Below, in pieces: positions 8,467 to 15,814 of a DNA stretch of 24,000 nucleotides. Each line of letters starts with the position of its first letter. Within the stretch, counting starts at the first letter, position 1. A program made the position numbers and the translations under genes. This DNA comes from Gammaproteobacteria bacterium (GTDB taxonomy: Bacteria > Pseudomonadota > Gammaproteobacteria > UBA6429 > Thiohalophilaceae). The stretch is taken from the NCBI GenBank assembly GCA_029881995.1, contig JAOULO010000010.1:38772-62771 (forward strand), in the 5' to 3' direction. The notes beneath the pieces are model-generated. The model was not told the origin of the DNA. It did no database searches and saw only the letters and a program-made list of their open reading frames with translations.

Positions 8467-8520
8467 CTGTGAACAGGTATCTTTTCAGGCTACAATACCT
8501 GTTCACAGTCTCTATTTTTC
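8467..8520 (+). terminator. strong hairpin plus T-tract between luxI and the second luxR (terminator/attenuator candidate)
   Basis: Perfect 14-bp arms CTGTGAACAGGTAT (8467-8480) and ATACCTGTTCACAG (8495-8508) with a 14-nt loop, followed by TCTCTATTTTTC. Starts 13 nt after the luxI stop. Confidence 0.5.
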
Positions 8521-8536
8521 AAATCAGGTTATTAAA

Positions 8537-9262
8537 ATGGATTTTGACAGCTTATTGGGAAATTTAGAAAATACTAATTGTGTTGAGCAACTTCGAAGCT
8601 GTTGCAATATTTTTGTAGATATACATAACTATGATTATTATTCATTATATGGCTCGATATATACAAGCTTACTAAGTCCTTCCTTACATAAAATTTCAGG
8701 CCCCCATAACAAACGTCCTAAAAATAATGAAACCGAACATGATATCTTACAGACATGCATAGATTCTACAACACCGGTTATATTAGGAAATTTTTCTGAT
8801 TCAAAGTTAATATTTAATCCATTAATCCGTACTATTCACAAACCAAATGCAAGAAAGCTTGATATCTACTTCCCTATACATTTTCCTGTTGGGAAAATTG
8901 CTATTTTTCATCTAACCAAGCGATCCAAAAAAGAAAACATAGAAGAGAGTGTATTTAATATACTACCTAAAGGTAGACAGTTTGCCAGTGAGGCAGGACT
9001 TGCGTTTGTATCACTTATAGAAAAAGAATGGGAAAATATTTATCCCGAACTTTCACAACGAGAGCGCCATTGTCTTTTATTAACTGCGGATGGTTTGTCA
9101 CCAAAAAATATCGCCGAAGAAATAGGCCTTTCCCAGCATACTGTGATCTTCTACTTAAAAAACGTCAGAAAAAAATATGATGCTAAAAATATTCAAAGTG
9201 CCATTAGTAAAGCCATTTTAAAGGGTGACATCATGCCCCAAATGGTTTCAGTTGAAACATGA
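8537..9262 (+). CDS. second LuxR-family regulator with a degenerate autoinducer-binding-like N-domain and intact LuxR/GerE HTH
   Basis: The HTH is LSQRERHCLLLTADGLSPKNIAEEIGLSQHTVIFYLKNVRKKY. The N-domain aligns by eye with the neighbouring LuxR (TSLLSPS / TSLVSPN, STTPV / KTTPI, FPIHFPVGKIAIF / FPIHCIHGESAMF). The track start at 8444 would overlap the luxI stop and read through the hairpin, so I chose the ATG at 8537 (241 aa). Confidence 0.75.
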   Translation: MDFDSLLGNLENTNCVEQLRSCCNIFVDIHNYDYYSLYGSIYTSLLSPSLHKISGPHNKRPKNNETEHDILQTCIDSTTPVILGNFSDSKLIFNPLIRTIHKPNARKLDIYFPIHFPVGKIAIFHLTKRSKKENIEESVFNILPKGRQFASEAGLAFVSLIEKEWENIYPELSQRERHCLLLTADGLSPKNIAEEIGLSQHTVIFYLKNVRKKYDAKNIQSAISKAILKGDIMPQMVSVET

Positions 9263-9739
9263 CTGTTCGCCAGGCTTAGCTTCATGTAGCCAGTTCATAT
9301 ATGCTTTCACTTCAGCAGTATTTTCTTCAGGTGCCCAACTGGCAAAGTCTTTATCGGTCAGCGGAATATATGGTCCCTGCTTGACCTCAAAAAAAACGGC
9401 CCCGTCTTCCAATGCAAGGACGGTATGCCATGTATCAGGTTTTATTTCTGCTCCCAGCACATCACCATTAGCTGAAAACTCTATACGTTCTGTGACTTTT
9501 CCACCATCATCAAATATCAATGCTGCAAAAGCCCCTTTTACAGCAATAAACAGTTCAGTCTTTTCTTTTTCAGGGTGTCGATGAGGCCTGACATAACTAT
9601 CCGTTTGCATGGCAATAAAAAGTTTCTGTAGCGGGGCATCAAGCGATTCATGCAGGTTTAGATTTGTTCTTCTTCTGGGTGATGAAACAGCTTCCTGATT
9701 GAGCCTTTCCAGCATTTTTTTATCCAGTTGCTTAATCAT
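9248..9739 (-). CDS. WbuC-family cupin-fold metalloprotein
   Basis: 163 aa. The N-terminal SPRRRTNLNLHESLDAPLQKLFIAM....YVRPHRH matches the WbuC-family pattern as I recall it. The ATG is 1 nt after the upstream gene's TAA, with a GGGTGA Shine-Dalgarno. Confidence 0.7.
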   Translation of the reverse strand: MIKQLDKKMLERLNQEAVSSPRRRTNLNLHESLDAPLQKLFIAMQTDSYVRPHRHPEKEKTELFIAVKGAFAALIFDDGGKVTERIEFSANGDVLGAEIKPDTWHTVLALEDGAVFFEVKQGPYIPLTDKDFASWAPEENTAEVKAYMNWLHEAKPGEQSCFN

Positions 9740-9740
9740 G

Positions 9741-11717
9741 TTAAATCACCCGATCATTACCACCATCTACAGGCAATTGGGCACCCGTAGTTTTGGCGAA
9801 TAGTTTGCCACACATTTCGGCCACCAGTTCAGCCACATCATGGCTACTAACTTCTGTTTTAAGAATATTTTTCCGTTTGTACTCATCGACCGAAAGGCCA
9901 TAGGATTCGGCTCTGGAGTTCAGCACTTCATCCGTCCAGATGCCTGTATCAAACACAGCATCCGGGTGTAGGGTATTGACCCGGATATTATCCTGCCCCC
10001 ATTCCAGGGCCGCCACCCTGGCCAATTGATTGATTCCAGCCTTGGCTACCGAATAGGCCGCTGCACCGGGGCCAGGGGCCAGCACGTTCTTGGATCCCAT
10101 CATCACAACCCGACCACCATTAGGCGCAATTTTCAATAGTGGATAGGCCTCTCGCATTAACATGAGATTGGAATCCAGATTAATCTGCATCACTTCACGC
10201 CAGCTTTCATCACTGAGTGCATATATATTTTGACTCTTTGGAAAAATCCCGGCATTCAAAATTAACATATCAATACCACCAAAGTGTCTTACAGCCTTTT
10301 CCAGGGCCAGCTCTACATGTTGCCTGATACTCACATCACAGCTTATTCCTAAATAAGCCGGCTGTTGCTCAAGAGACTCAACAGCATCATTAATATCCAG
10401 ACCAATTACAGCAGCACCTCTGGCCAGAAATGAGTTTACACAGGCCAGACCTATTCCAGATGCTGCGCCTGTAATAAGGACAACTTCACCCATAAACTCC
10501 GGGCTTGCTCCTGATTTTTTCAGTTTTGCCTGCTCCAGTTCCCAATACTCAACATCAAAAATATCTTTTGCCGGTAATGCCCGATATTCACCTAAGCGAG
10601 TAGCCCTGGTAATAACATCAATGGTGTGATCATAAATATCAGCAATTATTGCTGTCTCTTTTGCAGTAGCCCCAACAGTCCCGACTCCAAGTTCATGATC
10701 CAGAATGACTCGTGGAGTAGGATCCAACATCGATAACGCCTGTTTTGCACTGGACTCATGGGCTTTGAAATATTTTGTATACTCCTGTACATAAGCATCT
10801 ACGTCCATGCCTAACATTGGCAACCTTTTGGTCCGAATCACATGATCAGGTGTTGCCGGTCCTTCCTGAGAAATATCGCCGAGGTCTTCCCGGTTGACAA
10901 AATCAAGATTCTTGAGGCCTGAATTAAAACTAACCAGCATCGGTTTTTTGGCATGCTTCGAAATATCACTGCGGAGTTCAGAAATTTTCTGAACATGAGA
11001 CTTGCCATCATCCACCTCTTTGTTGGAACTCAGGATAGTCCAGGCCTTGTTTTGTTTGATGTAGGATTCAGCCATGCTTACCAAAGAAATCATTCTTTCA
11101 TAAGACTCTTTGGCTGTTTCACCAAATGAGAAAATTCCGTGGTTCATTAATACCATCCCAATGGTGTTGTCATTCACCTGCTTGGGAAATTCTGTGGCAC
11201 ATAACCTTGCCAGATCGAAACCGGGCATGCAGTAGGGAAGAATTACAACTTTGTCTCCATAGATATCCTTGATTCGGTTCAGACCATTTGGTGTATTGGT
11301 TATGGTCACCAGTGAATCAGCATGGGTATGGTCAACATATTTATACGGTAGAATCGCATGTAAAATTGCCTCAACCGAAGGTGTAGGAGCCGAAGCATTG
11401 GTCATGTGGGTCTTTAACTCATTGACCATCTGTGAATCACTCAGGGTTTCGAGTTCCGCCAGGCGAACCAGATGATTTAAACGTACAGGTGAAAAACCGG
11501 GGCGTTCTATAAACTCAAGATCCCAGCCACTACCTTTCACATACAGAATCGTTTCTGTTTCACCCAGAATATTCTGTTCATCAATCTTGACCGAGGTATT
11601 TCCACCTCCATGTAAAACCAGTGTCTTGTCTCTACCAAGTAATCGTGAACTATAGACCCTTAGATCAAGTTCATCTTTACACTGTTCAGCCTCTTCCGAA
11701 GTCCACAAGCTATTCAT
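9741..11717 (-). CDS. bifunctional class II aldolase/adducin-domain + short-chain dehydrogenase (rhamnulose-1-phosphate aldolase/alcohol dehydrogenase-like)
   Basis: 658 aa. The N-terminal half is aldolase-like (LHGGGNTSVK, VDHTHAD). The C-terminal half is an SDR (VVLITGAASGIGLA Rossmann motif, NAGI, YSVAKAG catalytic Y-x3-K). The track start at 11720 is TTG. The ATG at 11717 overlaps the upstream TGA (TGATG). Confidence 0.85.
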   Translation of the reverse strand: MNSLWTSEEAEQCKDELDLRVYSSRLLGRDKTLVLHGGGNTSVKIDEQNILGETETILYVKGSGWDLEFIERPGFSPVRLNHLVRLAELETLSDSQMVNELKTHMTNASAPTPSVEAILHAILPYKYVDHTHADSLVTITNTPNGLNRIKDIYGDKVVILPYCMPGFDLARLCATEFPKQVNDNTIGMVLMNHGIFSFGETAKESYERMISLVSMAESYIKQNKAWTILSSNKEVDDGKSHVQKISELRSDISKHAKKPMLVSFNSGLKNLDFVNREDLGDISQEGPATPDHVIRTKRLPMLGMDVDAYVQEYTKYFKAHESSAKQALSMLDPTPRVILDHELGVGTVGATAKETAIIADIYDHTIDVITRATRLGEYRALPAKDIFDVEYWELEQAKLKKSGASPEFMGEVVLITGAASGIGLACVNSFLARGAAVIGLDINDAVESLEQQPAYLGISCDVSIRQHVELALEKAVRHFGGIDMLILNAGIFPKSQNIYALSDESWREVMQINLDSNLMLMREAYPLLKIAPNGGRVVMMGSKNVLAPGPGAAAYSVAKAGINQLARVAALEWGQDNIRVNTLHPDAVFDTGIWTDEVLNSRAESYGLSVDEYKRKNILKTEVSSHDVAELVAEMCGKLFAKTTGAQLPVDGGNDRVI

Positions 11718-12169
11718 CAATTTGTTACCACGATATGTTCAAGGTTGTTGTTATCTAATGAACCCCGAATGCCAAATACGTCTGGATATACCTCCGAATA
11801 AAAAAAATGGCTTTCGCACTTACAATCAGAGGAACCAAGCCCCGGCATCGGGATTTGTAATTTTATAGTGTAATACAGCCTGTCGGACCAGGCATGTTCG
11901 CATTTAATATTATCCGTACTATACCAGAGCTCACGCAGAAGGAGATGGGGACGAATATAGTCCAGGTGCCAGTGTGGTTTCTTACTAACTCCCTGGTGAT
12001 GACGTATTCTGGCCCGAAGTCCTCCTGAACCGAAAGCGCTACCGACATAGAAATAATATCCTGGCACCAGTTCCAGGCTACCGCGTCGCCCGACATTCAC
12101 CATGACCTGTTTGTCCGATTGAAATACCAGCAGGTATGTCCCTGCTATCGGTGGAATATCTTCAAGCAT
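11717..12169 (-). CDS. DUF123 / GIY-YIG nuclease-superfamily protein
   Basis: 150 aa. GTYLLVF...PGYYFYVGSAFGSGGLRARIRHH....KPHWHLDY, then a C-terminal GLGSSDCKCESHFFY. This is the DUF123 pattern as I recall it. Confidence 0.75.
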   Translation of the reverse strand: MLEDIPPIAGTYLLVFQSDKQVMVNVGRRGSLELVPGYYFYVGSAFGSGGLRARIRHHQGVSKKPHWHLDYIRPHLLLRELWYSTDNIKCEHAWSDRLYYTIKLQIPMPGLGSSDCKCESHFFYSEVYPDVFGIRGSLDNNNLEHIVVTN

Positions 12170-12248
12170 TCACAGATTATAAAAAGGTTAAGGATAGGCT
12201 GCGAGCTAAAAATAAGAAGTTAGTACGAGAGTGTAATCACATCGCCTT

Positions 12249-13229
12249 CTAATCGAAACGCTTACGATCATGGGGTAGGCCGTAATCGATGGCTGGCCCC
12301 TTGGGCACAATCCGGCTGGGATTAATGGTGGGATGACTCCAGTAATAATGGCGCTTGATATGATCCATAAAGACTGTCTCTGCAATACCTGGCTGCTGAT
12401 ATAAATCTCGCAAATAATTTGACAGGTTTGGATAGTCAACAATACGCTGACGATTGCACTTGAAGTGACCAACATAGACAGGGTCAAACCTTACCAGGGT
12501 TGTAAATAGACGCCAGTCGGCTTCAGTTATTTGTGTGCCCGTCAGATACCGTTGCTGGCCAAGGCGAGATTCTACCTCATCCAGAGCAGAAAAAAGATTG
12601 TCAAAGGCCTTCTCATAGGCCTGCTGACTGGTCGCAAAACCCGTTCGGTACACGCCGTTATTAATATTGTGATAAATAAACTCATTGATTTTATCGATAT
12701 CCGAACGCAGGTTTTCCGGATAATAATCTGCGGTATCACCTGTCAGGGTATTAAAGGCGGTATTGAACATCCGGATGATCTCGGAAGACTCATTGTTCAC
12801 AATGGTCTGCTGCTGTTTGTCATACAGTACCGGGACAGTCACGATGCCTGAATAGTCCGGCCTGGCCTGTTGATAGACCTGGTACATGAAATCACAGTTA
12901 TTAAGATGATCCTCTGTGGCCCCATCAAAGCTACCAAACTTCCAGCCTTCCGGCCCCATATCCGGACTGACCACCGAAACACTGATCAAATCCTCGAGTT
13001 TTTTGAGTTTACGAAAGATCAGGGTGCGATGTGCCCAGGGACAGGCATGGGAAATATAGAGGTGATAACGACCGGCTTCGGCTTTAAAACCGTCACCGCC
13101 GCTTTGACCTGCCGTTCCGTCCGCCGTTACCCAATGCCTGAATTGAGAGTCCTGCCGGATGAATTCCCCCTCTTCCGAGGTCGAGGGCTCCCAGTCCAGC
13201 CTAAGTTCACCATTTAATAAGATACTCAT
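12249..13229 (-). CDS. yqjG: glutathionyl-hydroquinone reductase (Xi-class GST, YqjG/ECM4 family)
   Basis: 326 aa. Has the characteristic GRYHLYISHACPWAHRTLIFRKLK motif with the CPWA active site, followed by a GST C-terminal-like domain. Confidence 0.85.
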   Translation of the reverse strand: MSILLNGELRLDWEPSTSEEGEFIRQDSQFRHWVTADGTAGQSGGDGFKAEAGRYHLYISHACPWAHRTLIFRKLKKLEDLISVSVVSPDMGPEGWKFGSFDGATEDHLNNCDFMYQVYQQARPDYSGIVTVPVLYDKQQQTIVNNESSEIIRMFNTAFNTLTGDTADYYPENLRSDIDKINEFIYHNINNGVYRTGFATSQQAYEKAFDNLFSALDEVESRLGQQRYLTGTQITEADWRLFTTLVRFDPVYVGHFKCNRQRIVDYPNLSNYLRDLYQQPGIAETVFMDHIKRHYYWSHPTINPSRIVPKGPAIDYGLPHDRKRFD

Positions 13230-13538
13230 AAGCTAAAAGCATACCTGATTATGCAAAAGAAAGAGACCGGGCAAGCCGGCCTCCTTTGTCTGTGCATAGA
13301 CATGAAAAACATCCTAAACAAACCAAATTCCAGGCCATCTCATTAGAGTAAATATTCACTAATTGCCCAGTAATTGATCTGATAACTTGTTCCAGTATTT
13401 TATCCCTATCAGAATCACCGCCTTGTTTTACGGAATTTGGCCATAAATGACTTGTTACATTAATTATGGTGCAAATTTTTCGATTGAAAAGTATAATAAT
13501 TTGTTCAATAGTATCGTAATTTTAGATGTATAGGTGTT

Positions 13539-14462
13539 ATGGCTCATCCTAAGGTGACATTAGAGCAGTGGCGGGTTCTGCAGGCCGTCATCGATACCGG
13601 AGGATTTGCCCAGGCCGCAAAGACCTTGCACCGCAGCCAGTCTTCGGTCAGCTATGCCGTACAAAAACTCCAGGAACAATTAGGTACCCGGCTTTTGAGA
13701 ATTGTTGGTCGCAAGGCAGAACTCACTGAAGCCGGTAAGATCCTTCTCCAGCAGTCTCGTCTACTGCTGGAAAAGGCCGGTGAGCTGGAAGATATGGCCC
13801 ATATGATTAATTCGGGCTGGGAAACGGAAATACAACTGGTCGTAGATGTTGCCTACCCTACCCGTGATTTAATCCATGTCCTGAAACAGTTTGAACCCCT
13901 GAGCCAGGGCACCCGAGTACTCCTCAAAGAGGTTGTCCTGTCAGGAGCCGAAGAGGCCCTGATACAGGGCAATGCCGACCTGGTCATCACTGCCGTCATG
14001 CCTCAGGGCTTCCTGGGCGACTTACTGACAGAAATTGAATTCATTGCCGTCGCCCACCCGGAACACTCGCTTCACCAGATGAAAAAGGAACTTGTGGCCA
14101 GTGATCTACAGCAGGAACTCCAGGTGGTCATCAGTGATTCCGGCGTACTCCAACAAAGGGACGTTGGCTGGCAGGAATCCCGTTACCGCTGGAGTGTGAC
14201 CCGCCTTGAGACGGCTGTTGAGACCATCAGCAGCGGCCTTGGCTTTGCCTGGTTACCTGTGCACATGATAGAAAACCAGCTCAGACGAGGGGAGTTACAA
14301 GCCCTGCCTCTCCGTGAAGGCCAAACTTACAAGGCACAACTCTACCAGGTAATGGTTAACCCTGCTCAACCCGGCCCCGCCACAAGTCAGCTGGCCAAAC
14401 TCTTCCTGCAATACGAGCAGGCTCGACAGAGCACCCAGGAACAACTGCTCGCCCATATGTAA
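13539..14462 (+). CDS. LysR-family transcriptional regulator
   Basis: 307 aa. N-terminal wHTH (LEQWRVLQAVIDTGGFAQAAKTLHRSQSSVSYAVQKLQEQLG) plus a substrate-binding-like C-domain. Divergent from yqjG across 309 bp. Confidence 0.85.
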   Translation: MAHPKVTLEQWRVLQAVIDTGGFAQAAKTLHRSQSSVSYAVQKLQEQLGTRLLRIVGRKAELTEAGKILLQQSRLLLEKAGELEDMAHMINSGWETEIQLVVDVAYPTRDLIHVLKQFEPLSQGTRVLLKEVVLSGAEEALIQGNADLVITAVMPQGFLGDLLTEIEFIAVAHPEHSLHQMKKELVASDLQQELQVVISDSGVLQQRDVGWQESRYRWSVTRLETAVETISSGLGFAWLPVHMIENQLRRGELQALPLREGQTYKAQLYQVMVNPAQPGPATSQLAKLFLQYEQARQSTQEQLLAHM

Positions 14463-14597
14463 TATTGTCGATTTTCCTTACACTTTCTACATATTTATAT
14501 TAACCAATACCTTCAACCCTCTGTTTAACCAGCATTTTTTGTAATGGCATAGTCTCTGCACATATCTCTCGCAATAATCATAAAGCGAGAATTCAAA

Positions 14598-14882
14598 ATG
14601 AAATTAATGAACGTATTCGGATTTAGCCTTGTTTACTTTTTGATGAGCACAACTGCCCATGGGGGAATTAACACCGGCACCACCAGCGGTATTCTCAGCA
14701 GTAAGGAAAAATGTGCAGCTGCCCTGAATAGCTACCTCAGCTATCGCCATGAAAGCCACTCAGAAGACGCCTATAAAATCCAGAAGCTGGAAAACCAGGT
14801 CGATGCCCTGTGCGAGGGTTACCAGATCCAGTTAATGGAAAATGAGGGCGTCATGACCGGAGTTGTCGAACTGGCAGAGTAA
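14598..14882 (+). CDS. small secreted hypothetical protein (94 aa, signal peptide, two Cys)
   Basis: MKLMNVFGFSLVYFLMSTTAHG looks like a Sec signal peptide. No family recognised and the Shine-Dalgarno is weak. Confidence 0.45.
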   Translation: MKLMNVFGFSLVYFLMSTTAHGGINTGTTSGILSSKEKCAAALNSYLSYRHESHSEDAYKIQKLENQVDALCEGYQIQLMENEGVMTGVVELAE

Positions 14883-14889
14883 TCTCTTT

Positions 14890-15063
14890 TTAATACGCAA
14901 TCGCGTAATAAATGACATACACCCAGGACAACAGGCCATGGAATATGGCCCACAGGATAGATTTGTTGGCGGTATATGAAATAGCAATGGCCAGGGCCGT
15001 ACCAAAGGTAATACCGGTCCGGGCCATTTCCCAACGATAGGTATACATCGCATTTGATCTCAT
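14890..15063 (-). CDS. 57-aa small integral membrane protein missed by the ORF track
   Basis: My own translation: MRSNAMYTYRWEMARTGITFGTALAIAISYTANKSILWAIFHGLLSWVYVIYYAIAY*. An AGGAGAGGA Shine-Dalgarno ends 4 nt before the ATG. There are two hydrophobic helices. It starts 15 nt downstream of the alkD-like stop. The two longer track ORFs in this interval (other frames) translate to implausible Pro/Cys/Trp-rich sequence. Confidence 0.55.
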   Translation of the reverse strand: MRSNAMYTYRWEMARTGITFGTALAIAISYTANKSILWAIFHGLLSWVYVIYYAIAY

Positions 15064-15078
15064 TAGTCCTCTCCTGAT

Positions 15079-15801
15079 CTATTTTTTCAAATAAGCCTGC
15101 CGCAAGGATGACGGAAACTTTTCAATCGCGTAACGCAACATGGTGCGTGGCATTCTGGCTATGTGCCGGTCAAGAAAATCCTCTGCCCGTTTACGATCTC
15201 GCTTGCCCACTTCCCGTATCATCCATCCCGACGCCTTATGGATTAAATCCTGTTTGTCCGTTAACAGTAAAGTCGCCAGCTCCAGAGTCAAATCATACTG
15301 CCCCTGCCGAATAAAATAGAGGGTCGCCATCATCGAAATGCGACGCCGCCAGAGATCTCTGGATCGAGCCAGCTTTTCCAGGACTGCGATATCCTGAGGA
15401 TGATGATACAACCAGGCACCGACAATCTTATCGGCCGAAACATCCACCAGATCCCAGTTATTAATAACATTCGTGTGTTTAAGATAGGTACGATAAATTT
15501 TTTTCTGCAGGGACTCATCCCCTTGCTGAAACTGCTGTATCAGGATCAGCAGGGCCAATAATCGGTGCTCATGGATCCTGGACTGTAACAGTTGCAAGTT
15601 ATGAATAATGGGCAAGCTGGCATGCTGCCGGGCCAGCTTTCGCAATACCGGCACACGCACCCCAATAAATCGGTCACCCTCACCGTATTCACCTGGCCCA
15701 GTTTTAAAATACCGTGCCTGATGCTCTGCATCCTGCTTATTGGCCAGGGCCTTGAGTTGCTTTCTTATCTCCCCAACGGTGCTTTCCCTTGCCTGAACCA
15801 T
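15079..15801 (-). CDS. DNA alkylation repair protein (AlkD-like HEAT-repeat family)
   Basis: 240 aa. ARYFKTGPGEYGEGDRFIGVRVPVLRKLA, NNWDLVD, and ASGWMIREVGKRD match the DNA_alkylation family pattern. Confidence 0.8.
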   Translation of the reverse strand: MVQARESTVGEIRKQLKALANKQDAEHQARYFKTGPGEYGEGDRFIGVRVPVLRKLARQHASLPIIHNLQLLQSRIHEHRLLALLILIQQFQQGDESLQKKIYRTYLKHTNVINNWDLVDVSADKIVGAWLYHHPQDIAVLEKLARSRDLWRRRISMMATLYFIRQGQYDLTLELATLLLTDKQDLIHKASGWMIREVGKRDRKRAEDFLDRHIARMPRTMLRYAIEKFPSSLRQAYLKK

Positions 15802-15814
15802 TATCCGTAATACC

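Noticed and set aside
8444-8536. N-terminal extension of luxR2 from the track start at 8444
   Set aside because: It would overlap the luxI stop codon and translate straight through the 14-bp hairpin (MPHKSLMCCEQVSFQATIPVHSLYF...). The LuxR-like alignment begins at the ATG at 8537.
6791-9262. Mobile genetic element / genomic island borders around the QS locus
   Set aside because: The composition is skewed, but I found no integrase, transposase, tRNA attachment site, or direct or inverted terminal repeats. I therefore describe it only as compositionally atypical.
12170-12248. Leaderless transcript for the DUF123 gene (TATAAT ends 6 nt before the ATG, no SD)
   Set aside because: The corresponding -35 (TCGCAG) is poor. 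The gene is also only 79 bp downstream of yqjG on the same strand, so co-transcription is at least as likely. This cannot be resolved without transcript start mapping.
13251-13349. 32-aa ORF (MQKKETGQAGLLCLCIDMKNILNKPNSRPSH) in the 309-bp yqjG/lysR intergenic region
   Set aside because: It has no Shine-Dalgarno and no recognisable features, and it lies in a divergent promoter region. Most likely chance.
13513-13527. LysR-type T-N11-A box ATCGTAATTTTAGAT in the yqjG/lysR intergenic region
   Set aside because: It fits the ATC-N9-GAT pattern but lies only 12 nt upstream of the lysR ATG in very AT-rich sequence. Such matches arise easily by chance, and I have no second site or conservation evidence.
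14819-15053. Track ORFs 14819-15034 (-) and 14832-15053 (-) as the gene in this interval
   Set aside because: The translations are Pro/Cys/Trp-rich and implausible, and the first overlaps the end of the plus-strand 94-aa gene. The third frame gives a clean 57-aa membrane protein with a strong SD (14890-15063), which I prefer.
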